From the NCBI RefSeq assembly GCF_009914755.1, contig NC_060929.1: a DNA stretch of 64,000 bases; one strand, written 5' to 3'. A program made the position numbers and the translations under genes. Source of the stretch: the human T2T-CHM13v2.0 reference genome, Homo sapiens. Shown in pieces: positions 48,261-61,555 of the stretch; the stretch's first letter is position 1, and each line of letters opens with the position of its first letter. The notes beneath the pieces were generated by a model that was not told where the DNA came from, did not search any database, and saw nothing but the letters and a program-made list of their open reading frames with translations.

Positions 48261-49074
48261 TGATTTCTTTTTCAGATCTTTTTTTATAGAAATACTGCTG
48301 TTTTTGTATGTAAATTTTGTAACCTGCAGCTTTACTGACTTTATCAGTCCTAAAGGTTTTTTTGATTGAGTCTTTAGGAACCACAGTTAATTATTATGCA
48401 TATTTCAAAAATGCCAAAGAAGTATATTTTAATGTTTCACCGCAGAAAAAGACACATTGGTAGATGATGGATAGTTTTGTTAGCTTGACTGAATCTTTCT
48501 ACAGTATACACATAGATTGAAACATCACATTGAACTTTATAAATATACACAATTATTATTTGACAATTAAAGTAATTGACAAATTATTTTTTAAATTTAA
48601 TTTTAAAAAATTAAGAAATAAAAGTTTTGAAAGTGAAAGTGAGGGACGGAAACATGAGTTCTCCGAATGTACCTTGTTTATGTATTTCATTTAGGAACCA
48701 TGTAAATGCTTTGCAGAACTGTAAAGCAGAGTTAAATAAAAATGAAGAGAAAAAACAGTTCCTAAAAATTGAAAGTGAAATGAAACAAATGAACCCATGT
48801 GTCACATTGATGGCTTAAGTACACAAATTGGAATTCTTGTAGGTCATTTGAGATGTAGTAATTTGTGTATCTCTCATAGCATGTAACTTAAGGTGAAAAA
48901 CAGAAGTGTAAAGAAATTGTACGTTATTGACAGTGATCATATTGTTAGTAATAATACTGATATTGTCATTTTGACCAACCAAGTGGCCTGTTGGTTGGTC
49001 CTCTCTTCCTCCCTCATTTCTCCTGCCTCTCTTTTATAGTTTGGTCCAGGCTGAAGGCTGAGACAGCAGGATTG

Positions 49075-49088
49075 GCACTAGAGGGCAG
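49075..49088 (+). promoter_or_regulatory. Candidate CTCF motif
   Basis: GCACTAGAGGGCAG versus core CCASYAGRKGGCRS: one mismatch. Confidence 0.45.
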
Positions 49089-51021
49089 TGGCTGCTTCCT
49101 CCTCCTGCCACACTGTCGCCTTCCCAGCCCTGTTCCATTTCCTCACTTCCACCCAAAGGCTTCTTCCTTCTGATAAAAGGGAGCTTGTCAGGAAAATGAC
49201 TAACTGGATATGGTTGATTTAACGCTTCTTTCTATTTGCAGTTTTAGCTCTGTGTAGGCTGTGATCCACCCAACCCTTTTGGAGTAAGTTTAGAAAAGTA
49301 GGGAAAGTAGAAGCATGAACAGATTTTAAAGTGCATAGTCACGTGTGTATGTGTACATGTGAAATCCAACTTCCATTTTCTCAGCAGCATTGTTGTTAAC
49401 AACCATTCCTTAGACCTGAACCATCAATACATTGTCACCCATTTATATGGCTAAAGCACCCGAACAAACTTTATATTGAAAAATACTCATATAAGACTCT
49501 TGTACTTAGAAAATGAACCCTCTAGTTCAGTGTCTTCCCTCTGGTTACTGTGGGACCACTCAAGGAACAGCTTGATGAGAAATGGATTGATTCATATAAC
49601 TCCAGTAGCTTTTGAGCTAGTTCTAAATATATATGTGTGAGATTGCAAGTGGAGTCCTATATTGTAAACGTCTGCATTTTACAAATGGTGCATTTAATGC
49701 TTATGCCAGCAGTTATTTAAAAAGTGTTATGTAGGGAGATAAGACTATAAACTATCATAGGTGCTATTATACCACCACAGGACTATTGAAAATAATTGCT
49801 GATTTATTTCTGTAGTTATGTAACAGAACTGTTACAGTTTTTAGATCAAAATTACCTCCAGCTTGGCATGTTTGCTCTGCTGCTTTTAGAAGCCATATGC
49901 TGCACATTAAGTCATTTTCACCTTGAACATGAGGACTAAACAAGCTATTCTTTTTTAAGAACATTAAGAAGTGCTTAAGCTGCTTGTCTGCAGGCATGGT
50001 TGGGAGCCATTGTCTCAAAGGAAGATGTGCAGGTGCAAACAGTGTTATATATTTGGAAGAGGTGGAAGAGGGGCAAAGGATTTATTAGGAAGCTTGATCC
50101 CAATTAAATTCCATCAAGAAATGTGTTGAGATTGTACCCTTGATAAGGATTGAACTAAGTAAAATGCTGATTTTATTCAGAAAGCAGCTTCACATTCTCC
50201 ATTCTAGTTCACCCATTTTGGGGGTTAAATACCATCATATACTTGTGACTCTACTACGTATGCCTCTAGCCCAGACCTCTCCTTCATGCCCCAGACTTGT
50301 ATATCCAACAACGTTCTAGACATACCCATTTAGATGGTTCACAGCCGTCTCAATCAGGTCCAAACAGAGCTCTTGATTTTCCCTTCCAAATCTCGCCTCC
50401 CTGTCTTCTCTATCAGGAAATGATAGCACCCATCATCAAGCTATTAAAGCCCCAATTGAGAAGATAGCTTTGACACCTCCCTTTCCTTCACCCATTCAAA
50501 AATAAGTCCTTTCAGTGTAAACTCCAAAATATACCTCACATAAGTGTACTTCTCCTTCTTTTCTGTACCTTTCCCAATCTCAACTACCATTGTTTCTTAT
50601 CTGGGCTATGGTGTGGGCCTCCAGAATAGTCTCCACATTTCTGTACACTCCAGTTCATTCTCTGCAACTTTTTGAACAGAAATGAGATCATTTCCCACTT
50701 TAGATGCTCTGATGGCTTTTTTAGAATAAATTTCAAAAAACTTATTGTGGAATATATATAAAGCCTATGTAATTTGGCCCTGCCTCCTCCTGCTCTAATC
50801 ATTACATTGAACAAAGTTGATTCCACTGGTATATGACCTCCTTTACTTGGTGTGTTTCATTATATATGATGTGTTATTTGAACCCCCCTTTTTTTATATT
50901 AGGTATGATTTTCAAGTACTAATTTTGAATTTTGTGTGTAGCTTTTGGAATCCCTCATAGTAATACTGCTGTCTGTGTGCCCCAGTACCCTGGTTTTCAC
51001 GATTTTAGGTGTATACCATAC

Positions 51022-51272
51022 TTTTTTTTTTTTTTAAGACTCACTCTGTCGCCAAGGCTGGAGTACAGTGGCACGATCACAGCTCACTGCAGCCTCTGTC
51101 TCCTGGGCTTAAGTGATCCTCCCACTACACCAACTAATTTTTAAAAAAATTTTTTTACAGACAAAGTCTCACTGTGTTGCCTAGGCTGGCCTAGAAATCC
51201 TGTGCTCAAGCAGTCCTCCTGTCTCAGCGTCCAAAATTGCTTAGATTAAAGCATGGGCCACCTCGCCTGGCC
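51022..51272 (-). mobile_element. AluJ with internal deletion, ~105 bp upstream of exon 10
   Basis: Diverged reverse-complement Alu. Confidence 0.85.
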
Positions 51273-51376
51273 TACCATACATTTTTGTTCATGTCCATTT
51301 CTTTTTCTTAGGGTTATAGTAAGAATAAGGAAGAAATCTTGCAGAGATGTAATGATGTGTTCTTGCTTTTTTCCAG

Positions 51377-51601
51377 CTGGCCAAAGTGAGGGAAAAAGTG
51401 AAGGATGTGCCTGCCCTTGTGGCCAAATTTGATGAGATCTATGGGACACTGCACATCACTGGCCAGGTCACCACTGATTCTTTGGATGCTGTGCTCTGCC
51501 ACACCCCCAGGGACAGGAAATCTCACACGTTGCTATTAAACAAGAGGATGGTCAGCCGTCGCACCTTCCAGCCACTCAGCCAGTCCCTGTTGGCTGAGTA
51601 A
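51377..51601 (+). CDS. PTCD2: PTCD2 last coding exon 10 ([15 protein letters not shown]...QSLLAE*)
   Basis: ttgcttttttccag acceptor; 225 nt ending in TAA; exon lengths sum to 1167 nt = 388 aa + stop. Confidence 0.96.
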   Translation: MAKVREKVKDVPALVAKFDEIYGTLHITGQVTTDSLDAVLCHTPRDRKSHTLLLNKRMVSRRTFQPLSQSLLAE

Positions 51602-52383
51602 CCCTGGTTTCAGTCCACCTATGGATCTGAGGGGCCTGCTTCTAGTGAGTTATTACCTTTCCTAAGAAGCCAGGTATCGCACTTCAGCAGACAGTGTGCT
51701 GACACTTGGTCTTCTCCTGAAATTCCCAAATTCACTGAATGGTACCATGCCGATCTCTGAGAAGTTATGTTGCACCACTGTGAAGGTCTAGATGCAAGCT
51801 TGGCTCCCTCAGAAAGGCGCTTCCCTTTTGCATGGCTGAGGATCCTTGAAGGAACCTGGTCAGTCTCCGGTTCAGCTTCCGACACCAGAGTGGAACCCAG
51901 TAAGCACCATCAGGAATGAATTTCACTACAAGTGTGGATAACTCTGATTTTCAAAGGAGTAGTTACTTGCAAATTACATCCTTGCTGAATTCAGGAGGTA
52001 TGAAACCCTATTTTACCATGTTAGAAAACAGCCCAGGATTTTCTCATTGCTCTGCCATCATATATGTCTATGACTTGAGCCCTTATTTTTCCATCTGCAA
52101 AACAATAATGCCTATGTGTCTTTGCATATAGATTTGAAATCTTCATTCAAGGTTTAGTAGGATCATATTTTCTCAAAAATAAGAGAAATAAGGTTCATAA
52201 GGAAACTTGCTGGGATTGTGGTTGTTTTGTTTTCTCAGCAGCACAAACAAAACCAGAATTTAGCCTTTAGGACTGCTGAGTAAGCCAAATTTAAATGACT
52301 ACTGCTTTGTTCATGGGTAAGCCATGTGCTTTTCAAAATAAGTGCCACTAAAAACCACATAATGCTTTGGTTTCTATGTGGAT

Positions 52384-52389
52384 AATAAA
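52384..52389 (+). terminator. Candidate proximal poly(A) signal of PTCD2
   Basis: AATAAA ~780 nt after the stop, followed by U-rich sequence (ttatcttatttgttaatgattttt). Confidence 0.6.
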
Positions 52390-53804
52390 TATTTAGTCCT
52401 ATAGTTTATCTTATTTGTTAATGATTTTTCTCTCTTGAATGCCTCATATTAAAAAAAAATGTGCCATGAGAGCAGTTCAAAGCTGCTTCATACTTATGGT
52501 CTCAAATATAGTATGTGTTGAATTTTACCGTGTCTGGTCACCAGTGAGCAGAAGATACACAGTGACCCCACCTCACTTGCTCCTTTTGTTTCAGAAAGCC
52601 CAGAGGGTTGCTCAGACCTCAGGAGCTGTCTGCCAAGATTGCTGCAGACTCTTCATTGCCACCTCCAAAACTAAGACTGTTCACTTGGTTGTTGTTCTAA
52701 GGCAAGGATTATAGAGTCAGAAATTGTAGACTAGGAGAAGTCTTCTGAGTCTCCTAATTAATTCCTTCATCTTTCAGGTTAAGGAAACGATCCATGCAAG
52801 AGAGGCCCAATCTCAACTGTAGACTGTGTCCCAGTAAGAGAGTCACAGCTTCAGGTGTTTGCTGAATCCAGGTCTGAGATCACAATCCCACCTGAGGACA
52901 GGATCCGCATATGAGAGTCGCACATTGGTATAATTGATTTGTGGTAGAGCTGAGATTAGAATCCAGATTCCTAGTCTAGTATCCTTCCCACTGTACCACA
53001 TTATCTCTTTTCAGAGGGGAAAAAGGAGCAGCTCTTAAGAAACAGAATACTAAGGGCCCCCATTACTGTGTGGCCCTGGGCATCCTCAGTTTCCTCATTT
53101 GGTAAATGGGGATAATGGTACCGACCTCTTAGGCTTGGTGTGAGGATGAAATGAGATAGGGAATATAAAGCAAGCAGATAGTGGCTGGCACATAGTACAT
53201 GCAATATGTTTGAAACTAGTTAAGGAATTATAAAAACAAATGAGTTCTTCCTTCTGCTCAAAAATATTGAATTTCTTGTCCTTGTGCTCTGTGAAACATT
53301 GAACAGCCCCATTTAGAGAAACAAATTCTCTGCCCTCATAGAATCCTAATTGTTTCTGTATGTGTCTGGTGTTTTGCACATGCAAAAAAAAAAAAAAAAG
53401 TGCTTGGATTTCTCCACTTTCAGTCTTAGGGAATAATAGGGCATGCTTCCTGTCCCCCCAGCTTACTTTTCATCTTCTCCAACTCTCACAGTTCAAATGG
53501 CTCCAGTGCTGTGGGTGAGTGTGGCCTTGGTTGTTAGCTAACAACCATTCATTAGCGAAATAACCAAATTTTGTGAGCAGTAAATAGCAACAAGCTTCCC
53601 AATCCCTGCTGCCCAGCCGACTGGAAAAACTGGTCCATTCCACCTGTTCCCAGAAACCTCAGTACAGAGGTAGCTATATGCATAATGTTCACCCCAAAGT
53701 AATAGATGATTTTAAAGTCTTAAAAGTCCAATAAAACAGTGTTCAGTATAGGTTATGATAGGCATTTCATTCTTTAAAACTCAGTAATTCCTTTGAAAAA
53801 ATGA

Positions 53805-54209
<405 letters not shown>

Positions 54210-54354
54210 TTAACTCTGTTATGTGCTTTTGTAGATTGTTTTTACTTACTGTAGATATCTGTTGCTCCAGAGTCCCAGAAATCAGTATGATGAGTTCAGC
54301 ACAGTTACTAGAAGGAGACAAAAAGATATCTTCTTAATTAGGTGATATCAGGGA

Positions 54355-54795
54355 TAGTTCTGGTTATTGATTGCTGTGTGGAAAACACTCCAAAACTCAG
54401 TGACTTTAAACAACACCAGTCATTGTGTTATTTCTCATTATCCTAAGTACTGACTGGGCTCAGCCAGACAGTTCTTATTCGGGTTCTCATGCAGTTATAG
54501 TCATCATCAGATTGTGGCCGCGACTGGCATAATCTCAAAGGCTTCCTTAGTATTTCTGGCAGTTGATGCTAGGACCTCAGCTAGTGCTGGGGCTGGAACA
54601 TGTCTACACATAGCTTCCCCACAGCATGGTGGCTAGGTACTAGGAGTGACTGTCCCAAGAGGACCAGGCAGAAGCAGTTACATTTTATGACCTAGTCTCA
54701 GAAGTCTCATAACATCACTTCCACTAAAGTCCCAAGCCCCCCCAGATTCAAATGGAGGGAGCATATATCCCATCTCAGTGGTAGGAATTTCAAAG
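54355..54795. mobile_element. MLT1-type MaLR LTR
   Basis: ttgctgtgtggaaaacactccaaaactcagtgactttaaacaac; tgactgggctcagc. Confidence 0.7.
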
Positions 54796-55334
54796 AATAA
54801 ATTCTGTGAAACTGTAGTAGATAGTCTGTTTTCTCCCCTGTTTAAAACCTCCTGAGGACCTCACATGCTTCTGGATAAAGCTCAGGCTCTTCAACATGGT
54901 TTAGAAGGTCCTTCCTAATCTGGCCCACATTTGTCCATCCAGCTCCAACTCTTGCTACTCTACGCCCCTCTTCCCCTCTTGTGGAATGGCTAATTCCTAC
55001 TCATCATTCAGGTCTTGGCTTAGACATCTTTTCATCTGAGAAGGCTTTCTGGTCTAGTCTCACCTGGTTAGGTGAACTCCCCATGTGCCCCATGTACCTC
55101 ATTTATCAAAGTGCTTATCATATGCCTGTCACTGTCTGTTTTCTTCACTAGACTCAGGTGCCATGTCTGTCCTTTCTGCTCTGTTTGCTGGGTGCCTAGC
55201 ATGGTAGGGGATGTATCAGAGGATTAGTACTTATTTAACTCACCAGCTCATTTAACTATATTGTATAACAATGTTGGTGGTCATATTGGTCCCCCATGGA
55301 CAGCTTTTCGTCTCTAATACCATACACTCAGTGC

Positions 55335-55680
55335 AGGGTCTGAATGTCCCCCCAAACTCATATGTTGAACTCCAAATCCCCAAGGTGTTGGTATTAGATG
55401 ATGTAGCCTTTGGGAAGGAATTAGGGTGGTGCCCTCATGAATGGGATTTGTGTCATTATAAAACAAGCCCAAAGAAATTTGGTCACCCCTTCCTTTAAGC
55501 GAGGTCATGGCAAAAAGACGCTGTCTATGAACCAGAAAATGGGCTCTCACTAGACACCAAATGCTGGTGTCTTGTTCTTGGATTTCCCAGCCTTCAGAAC
55601 TGTGAGAAATATATTTCTGTTATTTATAAGCCACCCAGTTTTTGGTATTTTGTTATAGCAGCCTGAAGAGACTAAGACAG
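55335..55680 (+). mobile_element. MLT1A-like MaLR LTR
   Basis: ctgaatgtccccccaaactcatatgttgaa...agaactgtgagaaat...tttataagccaccc...actaagaca. Confidence 0.85.
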
Positions 55681-56419
55681 CCAGTCCCAACCTTCCACAT
55701 TTAGACCTGACTCCAAGTTTTGCTCAGCCCACTGTGTATCCCTTCCTCCTCCCAACCAAAGTGTCCCCACTCTTTCTCTATTCTGTTCTGCCTATTATTC
55801 AAGGTCTAACTTGTGTCACTTTTTCAATGAGGCATTTGCAAGCTCTTTAAATTCTCAAGGATTCTCCATTAATTCACCATATCTATTTTGAGAATCTACA
55901 AAGGACAAGGCACTACGAAAGACTCTACATGCCACAGGGAAAAGACAGACAAGATCTCTGTCCCAACACAGAAAATTTTAGCCTGCCATGTTGACTCCCA
56001 GGGATCTTTTTGTTTCTGTAGGAGGTGCTCATTACAGAGTGGCCAAATTCCTACTGAAGAATGGACTTGGTTGTGAAATAAAACAATCCTGGGCAATATT
56101 TGTTGATAGTTTTGTTGAGGATGATTCAGGAAATAAATACAAACTTTTAACTACTCATAATGAATATTGTTGGGATATTATAATGAGGAGGTAAGGATTT
56201 ACCTGCTACAATTTGGGTAGGCAAAAATGTAGGCTTCTCTGTTTCTTTGCAGTGAACTAAAACTTCTTATGAACTCTGGTTATACTGAAAACAGGAGTCA
56301 TGGGAGACTTGATCTTGCTTAAAGGATATTTTAGTCTTTGATTTCTTTGAGGTAAATGTTCAATCTTTTTGCGTATCTTCCTCCTACCTTTTCATAGCCA
56401 AGATGACAGCTGAACAGGC

Positions 56420-56600
56420 TCTCATCTTAAACCTGAACAGGCATCAGAATCACTTGGAGAGCTTGTTAAAATACAGATTGATGGGCCCCACCCCCAGAAT
56501 ATCTGATTCCATACATATGAGTCAGGGCCCAAGAATTTGCATTACAAATGCATTCTCAGATGATGCCTTTGCTAGTCTGGGCAACACACTTTAAGAATAG
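56420..56600. mobile_element. MER5A-like hAT relic
   Basis: gcatcagaatcacttggagagcttgttaaaatacagatt...gggcccaagaatttgcatt. Confidence 0.8.
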
Positions 56601-59106
56601 TTGGTATAACAGAAAGCTTGTGTGTCTTGTGTGTCTATGTGGACAGGAGTTGTGGGCTTCAGATTCATCCTCTGTGTCCTCTGGTCTCAGTTGTGAGGAG
56701 GGGGAAGAGTGGGAAGTCTGGCCTTGTCTCTGGACTCCTGAGTAAATAATGTGCTGATGCAGTGTTGGGCCCAGCAGGCCTTTTAGAGGGTCATGCCAGC
56801 ACCCACTGCTGAGGTCTGTAGTCTCTACCATCTGCCCTACACATAATAAGTACCCTTCCTCTGCTATTCTCTCTTGCTGACCCCAAGCCCACCAATGAAT
56901 TAATTGAATCAAGAGTTCCAAGGCATTAGGTTAAAGACATTGAAAAATATATCCATTTATTTTTTCAAATATACATAAAGAAATCCATACAAACTAAGGC
57001 CAATTGTGGCAAAACTACATGAGACTTGACTAAAATAACCCACAATTCAAATTTCCTTCATAACATTTCTACCTATAAATTTGATTCAGAGAAATTACAC
57101 TTCATAGATAAACTAGCCATAAAAAAGATTACAGCGGCAAAAGCTATCATCAGTAATATTTGATATGCATAAGAAACCGTGAGGAACCAAATCATGGTAA
57201 AATTGATTCTAAGGAAATGGTTGCACAAAAATAAAAGTGAAATGGTATTTTTTAAAAGGAAGTGGTTCAACTGTATTGCATAGAAAATGAATCAAGGAAT
57301 TACATTGGCTTAAATGGCATTAGCTCAAAAAAGTGTTCTCAAAAATTAATGGAAATTGGTGTATTCTGATTGAGATATGTTTTATTCAATAACATGGAGT
57401 CAAAACAAGAAGATTTTTTAAATGTCCTCTGTTCCCATGGAGCTTGCATTCTGCAAGAGCAACAGACATCAAAAAGATAACTGGGCAAATGACCACATGA
57501 TTGCAGTTGGGATAAGTGCTAAGTCTAGGGTAATCTTCATATCACCCTGTGGCATGTATAAAGGAAGACCTTTTGCTGGTGTTTTGTAAAACCAGTTGTC
57601 TGTGTCATTTATTTTAACATGTAAAGTACACTGCCTTGTATTGTTACAGATCTTTTTCTCCATATCCGGTCTCTCCTGAAGAACAGAGTATTCTACATTT
57701 GTTTTATATGACCCCAAGGTGCTTATGTAGCATATTATTTATACATCTAATGAGGTCTTAATATTTTTTGAAAGAGTGATTTCATTAATTAACGGCAGAT
57801 TTTAGTTAATATGTACAGTCTGCCACAATATACTTTAGGCATTTCACAGTTTTCTCATAAACTGGTTGCTGTTTCTGTCCCGGTTTTACACATGACAGAG
57901 CCAAGACACAGACAAGTAGAATGACTTGCCTGTGCGGGGGTCCTGGGTTGGCCAGTGCATTCATGTACTGGACCAGGGCCCCTGTATCTTGCAGTAATGT
58001 ATCCGTGGGCGTTTCCCCCCAGACATTCGAAGCACACAGCTAATCTGAGAAAGAAGTGATTTGGCGAGGGGTTGGGGGAGTAGGCGGTGGGCACAACGGT
58101 TCCAGGTGACTTTCAAGTTGCTAATGAAAGAGGATCAAAGCGCTGCTGAACTGCTCACCTCCCCGCTTGGCCTGCCTTGCCCAGCTGACTTTCTTCCAAG
58201 GGCCTCAGAGGCAGCATTACCACAGGCATTAAAGATGGGGATGGGGAAAGAAGGCCCAGAGGGAAAGGGAACCACATGCTTACCTGCTAATCACTGCCCT
58301 GCAGCTGAAACACTGCAGAGCTGGCTGCTCTGGGATAGGAGAGGAAGGCCTCATTTAATCAGGAGAAGAAAGAGAACCAGGGGCCTCTGAGATGGCCTGC
58401 AAGGCATCACGGTCTGTGAACTGGTCTGTGAACTGCGGGCCTGCCTGGAAATGCATTGTCAGAGTAGAGTGATGCTTCCTTTGTAAATCCCTTGTCTTCC
58501 CTGATTCCTTTTTCCTGACTGAATCAGGCCAAGATGCTCACCCAGAAGAGCACAGCATCACCCTGTCTTTCAATCCCCAAAGTAGCCCTTACCCCTAGAC
58601 AGCAACATCATCTGTTACAATTGACAGCATGAAGGAAGGCATAACCCCTGCAAAGTGACTGCCCTACAACTCAATTTGATTTTGAATCCGCAAGTGCAAG
58701 TCTCATTCCTGGTAACTAATAGTAACAGAATCTGCTGATGTATTCTACCGCATCCCAGGGAGACTCATGTAGCCATGAAGACTGAAGAGGATTAAGTTAA
58801 CCTTCCATTTTATAGCTGCAAATTACTGGGTTGATGTCAGGTAGGGTGAGGAGTATGTTCCGGTTATAGCTGGTAGCAAGATGGCTGCATGCATCATGAG
58901 GCTTTGGCCTAAAAAGCTTGTCATTATATAAAAAAGCTATAGAGAGCAGAGAAAATGTCATTTCCAATTTAGAAGATCATAATCGATTTTTAACACATTG
59001 GTCCTTAGGTGATACAGAATTCAACAAAAACGGGGCTTATAAAAAGCCAGGGTTCATAAAATTACAAAGATTATAGACAAAAATAGATAACATATAAGAC
59101 TTACCA

Positions 59107-59407
59107 GCTGGGCAAGGTAGCTCAAGTTTGTAATCCCAGCACTTAGGGAGGCCGAGGCAGGCAGATCACCTGAGGTCAGGGGTTCTAGACCAGCCTGGCC
59201 AGCATGGTGAAACCCCATCTCTACTAAAAATACAAAAAAATTAGCCAGGCGTGGTGGCGGGCATCTGTAATTTCAGCTACTCAGGAGGTTGAGACGGGAG
59301 AATTGCTTGAACCTGGGAGACGGAGGTTACAGTGAGCCTAGACTGCGCCATTGCACTCTAGCCTAGGCGACAAGAGCGAAACTATGTTTCAAATAATAAT
59401 AATAATA
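59107..59407 (+). mobile_element. Alu with (AAT)n tail, followed by MIR sequence (~59420-59640)
   Basis: Dimer; TSD ataagacttacca at 59094-59106 and 59408-59420. Confidence 0.95.
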
Positions 59408-61549
59408 ATAAGACTTACCATTTGCCAGGTCCTGTGCAAAGCACTTTATCTCATTTGATCCCTGGGAAACCCCATAAAGTACTATTATGCCATTTCTCAG
59501 ATAAAGAAACTGAAGCTCAGAGACGTTTAGTTGCTTGCCTGTGGATATAACACTAGAGAGCGGGAGAGCACAGTATTTGAACCCAGGAGGTCTGATGCTG
59601 GAGGTCATGTTTTTAACCTTATCTCTGTATTGCCTGCCCAAGTGCTGGCTGTGTGCATGTATTCTCAATAATCCCTGGCCAACTTCCTGCTTTGCTGTCA
59701 GTAGCAGAGCTGAAGAACTTACAATAGACGGCAGAGGGCGTCCAGAGTCACTATTTTTAAAAGGTGCTAGTTTTCAAAAGCATTTCTGGAATTCAGAGAG
59801 AACAGAGGTCCACATAGCAGGCTAGACAGGAAAGGTAGCTGTAGATAGACTTTAGGGAGTATATAGAATATTGCCTTCACGCAGGTTAAGAAATATTTAG
59901 TGTTGAAAGGATACTTTTAAAAGAGAGAAAGCAGTAAAGTTGATCCTCTGCAGAAAGTAGACCAATGTAAGTATCATGCAATGTGTCCATGTGCGTGTAC
60001 ACGTGAGCACACATGCACACACACATTAGATGTTTTGTGAGAAAACATACACTCAGTTTCTTATGAAAGAAAAAGGATGGTCATTTGTCTCACTTGGGAA
60101 AGGGTTTCCTCCCAAATTGAGAAGGAAAATCCCCCCAATTAACTGTTTGCCTTTATTAACTAAAATCACATTTGTGTGTGAAAGAAGTAAAAAGGAATTA
60201 GGATCTTGGTTATTTTGATTGTCTCTCTACCCTTCCAGATTCATCAAATGATAGTCAACCTTACTGTCTCTTCCTGCCATCATCAGGAATGACTAAATCT
60301 TGGAGCGTTCTCCATTTAAGTGAGGGAAATGTTGGATTCCCGGTGTATTTATCACTGCCCATCTCTAAGAATAGGTCAAAGATGAAATTCCCATTATCAT
60401 GAAACTTTAATATATATTGAGACTTCACAGAGCACTAACTATACTGGGGCTGGGATGGGGATTCTGATGAGAGATATCCCTGACAGAGACCAGAGCTCAG
60501 GAGGAAGAAAGGACAGATGCCCTTGTTCAAGATGACTTCTTCATGGGCATCGATAGATACATTCTTGAAAACCACCCAAAGTACCTAGAGGAGACCCTAG
60601 TGCAACTGTGCATTGTACAACAACTGATGAGGTAAAAGAAACAAACTGTTAATGACTCTAAACAATGTGGCCCACAGAGTTGGTATGGTTTGGCCACACC
60701 AGCTCAGGGATAAAGGTACTAGAAAAAATCTTGGGGAAAATCCTATTGTACATATTCCTTACATAATGTCTGTGATTTACCTCACTTATCAAATGAAAAA
60801 AACCCAAAACACCTGGTTGATGGCCATTTGGTCAAACACCTCTAGGAGTCTGGAGTTGAGTGGCCAGAACTCAGTCTTTCTTTACATGCTGTGTTAAGCA
60901 GGCTTTTATCTCATTCAGGTGTTAGAAGTGGAGGGAGGAACACAGTTAGGCTGTGTTCTACTGCACTGCATAGGGAGGCAGGGTATCACCCAGGCACAAC
61001 GCCCACTTTGCAAGTAAATAATCAGTAGCATGAAGCTCACTTCTGCAGGACCCACCATGACAAAGTGGAGAGCTGGGCGGTTAACCAGTGAACCAATTGA
61101 GTGGCTCTGGGCTCCTATACCCCTTTCATTCCACAGCCTGTGATACACCCTTAGAGTCAAAATATCAAATTCAGTGGGCCATGAGTCTTGCCCAAAAGTA
61201 TAAATCTTTTTTTCATATGGACTATTTGGGTCTATTTTCAAAAATCCCTTTTTCTTCTCTAAACTATCTCAATTCCACATTTCACTTTGCAGGTGTAGAC
61301 ATGACTTTTAGGTTGTTGATGATTTAATGCTATTGAAATGTTCTTATATGCAAAACACCTAGATAGATGCAGAGTGTGGGACAAAGACAACCAGCACATT
61401 GCTAAGCCCAAGTAGCAAATTTCCTGACCCCATTTTAAAGGTTCTGAGACAGATAGGCGGAATAGGTCCCCCTGTCTTTGAGTAGAAGAGTTGGCAAGCA
61501 AGCTGGACTAAATGGGCCATGTGCAATTTTGCTGTCTGTTCACATTTCA

Positions 61550-61555
61550 AATAAA
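61550..61555 (+). terminator. Candidate distal poly(A) signal of PTCD2 (long 3' UTR)
   Basis: AATAAA followed by a strong GU/U-rich downstream element (gtgttatgatttttttttctcc...tgtgtc); consistent with my recollection of a long annotated PTCD2 UTR. Confidence 0.6.

Noticed and set aside
59982-60025. TG/CA quasi-palindrome with cgtgtacacg
   Set aside because: Low-complexity alternating purine-pyrimidine tract; self-complementarity is trivial
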